Origin: Macrostomum lignano
Taxonomy: Eukaryota
Assembly (NCBI GenBank): GCA_002269645.1
Contig: NIVC01003615.1
Span: 1 to 64,000, forward strand
Direction: 5' to 3'
Length of the DNA: 64,000 nucleotides
Shown: piece after piece, positions 12,386 to 23,347 of the stretch
Numbering within the stretch: position 1 is the stretch's first letter
Layout of the letters: each line of letters starts with the position of its first letter
Translations under genes and position numbers: made by a program
Notes under the pieces: model-generated
The model's input: only the letters and a program-made list of their open reading frames with translations
Databases searched by the model: none
Told to the model about the DNA's origin: nothing

Positions 12386-15300
12386 AATAGGTTTGGCAGT
12401 AAATAATTGTTATAATTATATCAACGATTAGGTGATGATTTCTCAGGCACGAATGTAACAAAATTATTGAAGAAAAAGAAAGTTTTCAAATAAGTTTCCA
12501 CATGATTTGCGGAATTTGTCATCTTTTAAGTAAAAAAGTAGAACTTCTCTTGGCTGCAAATATTTCTACATTAAAGATAAATTTTCAACTTAATTCAATA
12601 AATATAAATAAAACCTAATGTACAGAAAAATGCTATTTAGAAAATAACCTAGGTCCAAAGTTAAGCAAAGTCTAGTAGGAGTAATACTGAGTCTTATCTT
12701 GTCTGAAATGATTTTTAATGTGCTATCTTGGTTAGGAAATATTTCAATAATTCATAAAAAATTACCTAAATGTATCGAAAAGAAAAAAACAGAAAAAAAT
12801 TTGTAATTTTATAGTGACAATGCAATTTTTAGTATCTATACAAAAATGCATTTATCGATTGTCTTTTAATTTCTTTCTTTTTCACTTACACAATTATTCA
12901 AAGCAGTGAAAAATTCTAATGTAAAGAAAATTGCAGACTAAATTCAATAAAATTATTTCTCTCTAAGCCATTAAACCTATTGTGGAGATGGGAATGGAAA
13001 TGGAGATGCTTGATTCATTTTAAAATACGGCATAAATGCATATCGCGTGATATAGGTCTCGAACTATCGAATTAAAAAACTCGAATAGAAGCGAAATCAA
13101 GTTTGCTTCTAAAGGTAGACGCTTAGTTTGTATTCAGAATAATTTTAGTGTAATCCTTAAATAGGTTTATATTTTTAACTTAATTTTACAACGAGCAGAA
13201 CAATAATATTTTGCTGCCAGGTGCAAACTGTTAAGGTTATTTTTGCTTTAATTGATAGAAAGAATTTCCGACATACGAAATAAAAACTGTCTGAACTTAA
13301 ATGTCCATATACTGATTTCTATGGATATAGAATCACGTACTTTATTCAAATGCTTTTCTTACCAAATTAATTATATAATTCCTTACGATTTTTCAGGACT
13401 GTTGCTCACAGTGATGGGTTTCGACCTTCCGGCCCCCTTGTGGGGAAGCCTTCGCGGGCCTCAGGTCTCAGAAATAAATCAATTAGACACCATGCGCCCA
13501 AAACGGCACTTTCACGCATGTTTCACGCGACACGCATGGACATACATGCGCTACGCGTGTTCCTGCAATTCACGTCACGGGAACATGCCAGTTCACGTGT
13601 GCTTGTGGTAAAAGGTATGCACGTGATTTCATGGACAAATCACGCGTTTTCACATTAGAGAATCAGAAATTTGTCAACTATGCTACTTCTTTTTATGCTA
13701 CTTAAAGTAGCATAGATAAGCAGCAGCAAGGGATCGCATCCTAAATCAAGTATAATGAATATCTTTCTTAAACTGTTAAACTTCTAATAGAAATAATGCA
13801 TCTCTTACTATACCATAAATATTTTGCAGCCAATCGTTTCTCTCGCCGCTCAATTAACATTGAATAAAAAATGAAGATATAAAAATCAAGTAAACTCATT
13901 TGAAGCCACATTGAATCAAGAACTGTGTGCTTTCGAGAGAATACACTATAGAAGGAATGCGACTAAAATTTAGTCACAAGTAATTGTTTAACTACAATTT
14001 ATGATTTAAAAAGCAACAAAAACCATTTTTTTGAGATAAAGCGATGCAATCTGCATCCACATAAACTTCTGACGCAGCTTACTTCCATCTTTGTTAAAGT
14101 ATTTATAAAGCAAAGCGGTGTAATCAAAACGCGGAAGATTTTTTAAATGTTTAGCGCCTGGACTCTTGTCGAACGTGCATTGCATGGGCTATAGTTGAAA
14201 AGACAGGCGACGAATAAAATAGTCAGTCATCGTGGTGCCACCCAATGATGTAAGCACTAATAGTCTATCACGTGGCGTATCAATATATATCGATTGCCTA
14301 TCACCTTACTAACTGCGCTCCATAACTACTACTACCACTGTAATTTTGATTATTTTAATAACCAGATTATGTCTGCAGAAGAACCCAATAGAACAAAAGT
14401 TAGGCCTATATATTTTTTGTTCTTGGTATTTTCGTCACCCTTTGTATGCCAGTATGCTATTAAATTTACTTTTAATTGGGCTTATAGCTAGATATTATGA
14501 ATGCAATCAGTTCCTGTTTTATGTATACATTAGCTAAGTGCATTTATTTTTTGCTATATAAAATGCAAAGGATTTGCTACTTAACTCCTAACTCTCAGAT
14601 GAAAATTTACAAAAACAAGACAGAGGACAATTATTAAGATTTCTTATTTGTTTTATTATTACAATATTGCATTCCTTTTATTTATATATTTGGCACTTAA
14701 TTTATTATTAATATTACCTTTATTACCAAAAAACTGTATATTATATTGAATTCCTAAAGAACTCCCTTTCGCTCTACACTTGTTCCTTTGTCTTATCCTA
14801 CCTAACTACCTTTTATGTTTTAATACTGTTTAAATTCCATATTCCAAAAACTCAAATTATAGCTATTTTGGATTCTACTTGACTTAATAGACTATATAGT
14901 AGGCCTAGCAATAGTTAAGTCAACAAGGTGTCTTTGGCCCAGAAAAATTCTGGCATGAAAATGGGTGAAGAAAAATTTTAGCATATAATTTCCATCTGTA
15001 CACATAGGAAAAATATATATAAAAAATTGAGCATTCTGGTTTATTCTATTAGGTATTAGGTCATATAGCAAAATGTTTACACACACTTTGTCATAAGCAT
15101 TTTTTGTATAGACATAAAGAATTAACACAAGCTTACTAATGCTGATGCCCAAAGTCAAGTCATTAGCAAACTGGCAGCAAAGTATTTAATGAATTTTAAA
15201 GAAGTTATTCACTGCTAAGCTTGGACACTAGCAAGAGGCAAAGGAAAATTGTTTTTTTAGTTATAAAATATAGCTATATATTTTTATATACTAACCATAG

Positions 15301-17589
15301 AGCCATAAACCCCCTGCTTCTTCCTTAATACTCTATAGTATAATAAAAAATCTCCTTAATAAAAATATAACCTTTATACCTATCTCTTTTCATATATTGG
15401 TATTATGACAAACAGGTCTATAAATTTACTGAAACATGGAATAGAGTCATAGACCAAAACAGGCCTAAGGGCTTATAGTGTGATTGACACCCATGAGGGG
15501 CAAGCCCCAAGGCACAGAGAATATATAGTGTCTGACAATGAGAAAGTCAGAGCAGATGTATACCTCTGTGTGACCATTGCCTATGTATATATCCATGTGC
15601 CTGTGTATGCTCAGAAGTAAGTAGAATGGGCATAATTGCCTCCCCACTGGTTATAGGTTTATAAAAGCATTGCACCAGGGTGCCCATAGCCCTTCTACAG
15701 ATAACTAAACTAATTAATGGCATTTCATTGAACATGGTCAATATGTAAATATAGTAGCTAGTTGATCTATCTTTTTCTTTTGGAAAGATTTAGTCTTCTT
15801 TTTTAATTATTTTATTTTGTATTCTTCAACTTCTAGTGCTTGATAGCTTTGTCTAGGGTTCTCTTCTGAACCCTACAAACTTCTTAGGATATCTTTTTAC
15901 TTTCAGTGTTAGTTTATTTTGTCCATTTAGGTAAATGCATAGACCAATGACAAGCCTTTATTTGTCTGAATTTCTTACCTTGTTTAGCATTTTGTAGTCT
16001 AAGTAGAATCTATTCCATAATAAGTTTATTAACCTACTCCCTCTCTAGCTATATCAATCAGAGCATTGCTATTGGCTGGCCTATTGCTACTTATGCTTTT
16101 CTTTTGTTAACAGTTTTGGCTAGTTGCGGCTGCTATGGAAGACAAACGCTGTTAGTTAAGTGTGATGGCACAACAACTGTGATGAACAATCATCTGAGAC
16201 AGCATGTGACTTACTTTTTAAAAACCAAGCAGTACATAGAAAAGCTAGAACCATGAGTTTGTTAATTTCTTATATTTAAAAATATTTGGTTTCAAGTCAG
16301 CTATGTTAAATATTCAAATCAAATCCATTTGAAATTTCATATTTGTACCATCCCTAGACTAACCACTAAGCTACAACCTACCACAAAGTGAGATCTTACT
16401 TATAAAACAGCTGACTGGATAATTTATATAATTTTAAATTAATTAAATTCCAATGTGAAACCAATGATATTAGTACCAATTCATTTTCTAAACTATTCCA
16501 TTTTTGGAAATTATGTATATTGTTATATTTCATTGACTTCAATTTGGCCTACCAAATTTATAATGCTATTTAAATATTTTATATTACTGCAATATAGAGC
16601 TTTGCTTTTCTTTTTTAAGAACTTTTGGTTAAATCTACCCACAATGATATTGTAGCTATAGTTAAAAGTCATTTTTATGTTTGGTGTTATGTTTAAGTAA
16701 TGTTATGTTATGTTATGTTTAGTTATGTTTAGGTAAATATGTTTGCATTATAAAATAATGGCATTTATTAGCAAAGCCAAGGACATAATTGTATCTGTTG
16801 TATTTTACATTTGCTTGCACAAGGTTGTAGGCCTAATCAAAACTTAGTTATCCAGTTGCTATTTTTTGTATCAAAAATTCAAATGAAACCTAAGCTTGTT
16901 ATTAAGGGCCAATGGCACAGTGGTCATTACATTATTAAGTTTGTTCTATGGAGTCAAGTTTAATTCCACATTTTGACTTAATTAATTTAAGACAAAAGTA
17001 TATGATCTGTGGTTCAGCAGTCATGGTTAATTGAGTTTAACTATAATTTTGTTTTAGTGGCATAATGACATTAGTTTCAGAATAGATTTAAGCTAAATGA
17101 ACAAAATAACTTAAGCTTCCAAAGCTATTGATACCAGCTCTTTGCACCTTCATTTTTTCAAACCACCTTAGCTTGGTTCGCTAATCCTGTTGTATAGTAG
17201 TAACTTGTCATTCTCCAATTTATTGTAATATTTTTAACTGGAAACACTCCACCAATTGGTATTCTGCATTTTTTTAATTTCAGCATAACTGGGCGACTTT
17301 TAATGGAATCTGATCAAGACTCAATTGATACTGTCCCGAGTCATGATGCCCTCTCTGTAAAGACTCCTGTCAGTACCCTTTCGCAAGCGCCGCAATTAAG
17401 CCTGAGTCAGCGAATTCTGACGCCGTCATTGGCTACTGTAGGGTTGCCAAACGATGCCACATGAGTTCAATGGGCACTCATCTCAGAACGCAGACTGGAG
17501 TGAAGATTTTATTACATACTCGACTCCTAAGCGAGATGTTGCCGCTCTTTACTATTATTAGCAGTTACGGTCTGGAACATCCGACAAAA

Positions 17590-17952
17590 AGTTAAATCAG
17601 CTGTTACGAATGGAATCATTCTTCAATTTACGATCGTTCTTTAAAGTCGAACAGTATTCACAACTTCCGCGAACCATCAACGGCTATCATTAAAACTGCC
17701 AAGACTATGCGCCCCACCATTACACGACCAACATCACAATGTCCACATCTGGAGCGAATGTACATGCAGCTGTGTACTGTGACGAACAAATGCCCCACGT
17801 TTAAGTATCTCCTGGTCCATCCTACGGAGGCAAACTACAGGACTATTGATTTAAACGACATCACTTATCGATGCTCGTTTATGCCAGCTTCTTCTGCGAC
17901 CCCGTATTTACTTCATGTGTGCCCTCTTATTGAGTTTGATGAAGTTAGTTAA
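17590..17952 (+). mobile_element. Possible eroded C-terminus of a CACTA/EnSpm(CMC)-like DNA transposase
   Basis: Reading across one frameshift gives NG(x)HSSIYDRSLKSNS...IDLNDITYRCSFMP...LLHVCPLIEFDEVS*. This resembles the NGxxYHSxxYxRxxKxNS motif and the 'DIxxKCxxMP' tail that I associate with animal EnSpm-like transposases. Recognition is by eye only. Confidence 0.3.
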
Positions 17953-18769
17953 CCATTTTATTTTTTGCTTGCACAGTTCATTGATAACCGTTTGCTTACG
18001 TAGTGCACATTCGTAGTCTCATTATGCACGTTATGATTATCAAAAATTTAAGTCGCGTTATTACTTATGTTCGAAATACTACTCTTTCTCTCTTACACAC
18101 TTTAATGTTTCAGTTTTATTAGATTTGCCTTTCTAATATTGTTTCTTTGGTTTCTCACATTTGCATTATGATCCATGTATCACGTGTATGTATAATCGAG
18201 CGTGTTGCATTATATATATTTTTATATATTGCATGTTTCTCGTGTGATACATTTTGCTTATGAGCAAAACACTGCTTATTTTAATACACAAAGATCGAGC
18301 TTTGTTTGTAAAAAAGATTCCCTACAATATTTACAAATTAGGCATTTATTTACTAAGTTAGTATTTAAACCAGTACTACTGCTCCGTTTTTGTCAGTTTT
18401 GTTCATTTTAGTTCTATTTCTTCTACCTTGACTTCCAGCTTCCTGGTTTTCAATTGGGTGTTGTGGAATTCTAGTTTTAAGAAGTACTTTTATGCGAATA
18501 GGGAGTAAATTAAGAGGGCGTATGCATTGGAAGTACTGCATAGAAAAATTCGCAATGCATTTCAATCTCGGTATGTGAAGCTACGTATGAAAGTAACTAG
18601 AAGTAGCTGTTTTGTTCAAAGCCTGTGTGCACCTGTGTACATGCATTGAATACTCATGTAGATTCGTATATAAATTATATGGAACGCGAATAATGCACGC
18701 ATGCATACAACATGTTCACGCGAGAGAACTTCACGGGGAGACGCGTTTTCCCGTCGTGTGTGCACGCAT

Positions 18770-18826
18770 GTCTTCCCATGCGACATGGAGGCACGCGGCG
18801 TGTGCCTGCATGTCGCATGGGAAGAC
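18770..18826. repeat. Perfect 18-bp-arm hairpin inside an ACGCGT/CATG-rich tract
   Basis: GTCTTCCCATGCGACATG (18770-18787) and CATGTCGCATGGGAAGAC (18809-18826) are exact reverse complements. An inner AGGCAC/GTGCCT pair extends the stem. Confidence 0.85.
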
Positions 18827-21411
18827 ACTCGTGGCCATGCCGGGATTCCCGCGTGAATCATATGGGAAGGGTGCATAGTGGAGTCCTGGCCCCCACTCCT
18901 GTCAGATGGTCAGCCCCATGGTAGCTTGATCGTGAGGCGAGCAGTCTAGGTCCTATAGCTAAGAGAGGGACAGCGAGAGACGAGCAGGGAGAATTTTGAA
19001 GGTAGAAATTAGTTAATCCGCAAATTAGCTAACTCGCTGCCACCAGCCCGTACGTCCTGGCTCACCACACCGGGACTTTCGAAATCGGGCTTCCGACTAG
19101 AGGGGGTTTTGCACTTACCTGCCAACTAGTGTCTTTTTGCTGTCAATCTCGAAGTCATAGCCGATGTTAAGGGACACTGCTGGGACTCGATCGCATTGGC
19201 CATGCAGGTACAGAGGGGACTTGTGCAGAGGATTCTTGCAGTGGCGAGACTATGGGGTAGCTACATGTACTATTACATTGCTAAATACGAAGAATTGTAC
19301 TTTTGGCCTTCAACGCGCCAACTAGCCTCTCATAGCGCTGATGATAGACTAACTCGAACTTCAGAGACCGCATGATTCATTACCCGAGCCGCTTGGCGAA
19401 CCTAGAGTGCACAAAGTACATCTCTGGCGCCGATTCTGCACTACTGGCAATTTTTCTCCCTGATTTGATAGATTGATCGACTGAGAACTGCCTTGCCATT
19501 GGTCCACTGTGACCGGCGCCTACTAGCTTAGCTACTCATCTGAGCCATCGGCAAACAAAGAAATAAAACCGATAAAAATAACTGTTCGATTTAACCTCCT
19601 TAGATCACTTCACACTTCAGATTGAATTGGAGTTTCAGACTACTTAACAGTATTATTGAATGATCTCTGCCTCAAAAACAGCACTACTGAACAAAAAGAG
19701 CAAAAGTGTGCGCCTAATTCAACTACTGAAACAGGGGACAGATAAGGGATCACCCAATCAAGCAAGTCCAGGTAGCCTCTCACCCAACCAATCAGAAACT
19801 CAAAAGCCGGAGACCAGGAAATCCACAGTGACCGAATCGGCTTGATGTTTCGCAGCTGTAGACTCGGGATGATGCTGACACAATCTTCGCTGATAGCTAG
19901 CTTTGATAGCTATCTTAACTTTGATGTTCGCTGCAGATGACCGGGGACTCGTCCTTGATGATGAGGGGGGAAGTCGCAATCCGGGGATCAAGAAACGACG
20001 GTCGGGCTCCGGGAACCAGAAATGTCGGGAAGGTTCCTCCGCGGGAGAGCCGGTTGAGGTTCAAGCGGGCCAAAAACACCGGTTTAAATAGCCGCCAACT
20101 GGACCATAGTTTGTTATAATGGAACACGTCGATTCTGATTGGCTGAGCCGTTTTGTTAAAATGAGCGCCAAATTTTCTGATTGGCTAAGCTTGTTGCTAC
20201 CCAGAATCACGTGACCAGGAGAGCCTATCAGTTCCCACAGGGTCGTAAAAAGATGACAGGTGCGGTCATAAATCAATCAAAATCGCAACAAAATGATTTA
20301 TGACTTTTTGCGTAGGATTGACAGAAATTAATGAAAAAATATACATTAGAAAGCTCTTATTAAATAGAAAGTGAAGATAATGAAGAGAAATCACTAATCG
20401 CTAATCCCAAGGCACTTTTAGGGGTAAAACGCATAGCTGTCAAAGCTGTCACACGCTTGAGTGAACACGAACAATAGGCTCTGACCTCATAAATCTTGAT
20501 GGCCTGTCAAAATGATGAGAAAAAAGCTCTCTCCTTCGCATCCTCTCAGACCATCTGGCGCCCGCCTCAACACTGTGTGAGGCGCAGGTGGCTGTCAGAC
20601 CAGCTTCGAAAGCGATGATTTATGACCCAAAAAGCTGCGCCTATGTTATTATGACTACTAGTATGACCAGACATTATAGATTCTATGAAAATTCGCAGAA
20701 AAAGAATAAAAATGCCCTTAGCCTGCTGTCAGTAGGCTAGTAAGTTTAGAGCTCATGTGCTAGCGCGGGATTTGGAAAAAAGTGCGTCCTCATCAACAGC
20801 AAAAAATTGTCCAGCACTTTTACTGCATGCATACACTCATACATCTAAGGTACATCCTTGTTAATTACTTTAATACTGTTGCATGTCCAGGCAGTATGTT
20901 CATGCTTTTTCATGTTATTACACGTACATGTGATTAAAAAGTTGTATACAATTGACCAAGCAATTCGCCAATTATTATTGTTTTACAGTTTACCTTTTGG
21001 TTAGCAAAAATTTCTTTAATGGACATGGAATAATAAGTTAATTACAGTGTGGAGAGAGGTAGTTTAGTTTTCCTTTATAAATGCACCTTGTCTATATTTA
21101 ATATGAGTTACTTCATTTGAAACTGTAATACATGTCTTGTCAAATTAATGTCAAACATTGTGAAGACATGTCAAACATGTCTTCACATGTAGATGAAGCT
21201 TTTTAGGCACGCATCCTGGCCCTTAGACCGATATATGTTAAGGGAAACAACAGAAAATTATCATTGCGTCTTCATCGAATTTATTAGAATGAATAGATAA
21301 GCGTATATGTACATTGTGCATGCCGTTTTGCAAAACAAATTATTGCATTTTACTAATGCGTGAAATCTAAAATTAACCCGTCGACCCGCATGCACTAGCA
21401 GCTATTCTAGA

Positions 21412-21751
21412 CCAAACAACAGGTACATGTACGCGCGTATTACGCGCATAAAACGCGCGTTTTCGTTCGCGTTTTACGCGCATTTTTTATTAATTCTGTA
21501 CGCGCGTAAGCGAACGCACGAAATACGTGCCTTTGGTAACACAGAAAATACGCAGTAATAACGCAATGCTGCAGACGGGTACAGGAACAGGACTAACCAT
21601 ACATGTATTAGTAGGTTTCGCGGATTCGTTTATGCTTTGAGCAAAGTATCGCGTCTAAAACGCACTAAATATGCTCGCGTATAATAACGCGCATATGTGT
21701 TTGACATTACGCTCTAAATATGCGCGTTTTACGCGCGTACCTGTTGCTTGG
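21412..21751. mobile_element. MITE-like element, about 340 bp, with terminal inverted repeats
   Basis: The left end is CCAAACAACAGGTAC(ATGT)ACGCGCGTATTACGCGCATA. The reverse complement of the right end is CCAAGCAACAGGTACGCGCGTAAAACGCGCATA. The interior is non-coding and rich in ACGCG. No target-site duplication is evident. Confidence 0.65.
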
Positions 21752-22783
21752 GGAGGCTCAAGACCCATTATTGCTCTGTAGAAATGCTGCTGATAACTAA
21801 CTGTGCATACGTGCGAGCTGCTGTAGAGGCCCCCCACCCGAACCTCACAATTAAATAGCTAGTAGATATCATAGTGCGAGGACAGCAGAGCTTTCTCTGC
21901 CTCTATATTTATACCTACCTTCGAATTGTTCTTGTAAGACTTGTGCCAATCTATTTTGACTGGCTACGGGACAGCAATTAGCATTCACAATGTAACTGCT
22001 TAGTCTCTTTTGCATCACAGATAGATAGAGTTTATATAGCTAAGAAACTGTTTATTCCGCCCATCTTGCCCTAAAAACCAAGGCATACCCACAATAACGG
22101 CCAAAAAAAGCTTGCACTGTAGCAGGTAAGTTTCGTTTTTGAGGCACACGTAATAATCGATAGAATGTATTGCGGCGACTTAATCTATCTACGCTTGCAT
22201 TGTTGCTTTTTCTCTAATTTGAATATTGTCTGCGATTTGCACTTTTATAGTACATAGTTTTGCGGTAGATTTGGAAATTAAGATGGATTATTATCTCCAT
22301 TTCCCTCATTATCACTCTGGTCGTTTGAGTAGAGAGAAAGAGGTTTTCGATGGCACCACAAGGGTTACCTGAAAAGTTTTTGGACTCGTCACTCGACCAT
22401 TTTAAGTTTTTTAAAAATCAAATTTAGTGATACTTTCATTCAAGAAAGTACATTCTTTCCTTTGTCATTTCGTAAGTTTTTAGCTTTTCAACTCAAATTT
22501 TATTGACTCTGAGAGCACCCTAAGTGCAGCATTGTCCAGAAGACACAGCCTGGCGTAATGACAAACTCAACTGGCCATTATTTCAGCTTTAACAGACGTT
22601 TGAACCATAGACGATTAGTTAAAGTATTCATATATTAACTTATATCAGCTTATTCATGTATAGTCTATGGCCCAACCACCGCCCTCTTTACGCAGTCGCA
22701 CGCACGCAGACTCTTACCCTGAAATAATGACCGCTTCCGGCACGCTGAAATAATGGCCAGGCTGTGTCTTATAGACAATGACG

Positions 22784-22889
22784 TTGCGTAGTAGGTAAGG
22801 GGCTGAAATAATGGCCATAGACACTCGTGCGCTACGCGCTACGCGCACTCGTGTTTGGCCATTATTTCAGCCCCTTACCTACTACGCAA
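22784..22889. repeat. 34-bp perfect inverted repeat within a cluster of CTGAAATAATGGCC motifs
   Basis: TTGCGTAGTAGGTAAGGGGCTGAAATAATGGCCA pairs exactly with TGGCCATTATTTCAGCCCCTTACCTACTACGCAA. Further copies of CTGAAATAATG(A/G)CC lie at about 22720 and 22745, with an inverted copy near 22570-22585. Confidence 0.85.
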
Positions 22890-23347
22890 TCTACCATTAC
22901 GTTTAGAGATGGGAGTACTTTGAGAAGATGTGAAGTTTTGGTGCGCTGCTGCCTGTCCTACAGTGGGTTCCTACCCAGAAGCCGTCGCGCTATGGTTAGC
23001 TGCTTGTACTTTTGGGATAAGTTTGCGACACCTTTTCTGGGTTCCAAGGTCGATTAGCTATCATCCCCAGCTCCTCAGTTCGAAGCAAGATCAGATTCTT
23101 TACATTTTCACTCTAGAATCTTTACTGAGACTTTTTCGGGAATTTAAATGCCAAACACGGTCGAGTCCGCATTGAATCTGATGTTGGGTTTCCTGTTCAT
23201 AGTCAGCCAGGTGATTTCCCCATGGGTGGCTCTGCCGTTGAATGAATCCTCCGCAATTACACTATAGCAACAGTATTACTCTCCCCAAACCTTGATTGAG
23301 CAGAAAAGCAGGTCTATCAAGTATCCAAGCCCATCAGGAGAGCACAG

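Noticed and set aside
15465-15741. GHPG motif suggesting a gypsy integrase zinc finger on the minus strand
   Set aside because: It is a four-residue match followed by stops, with no other RT or integrase motifs recognisable.
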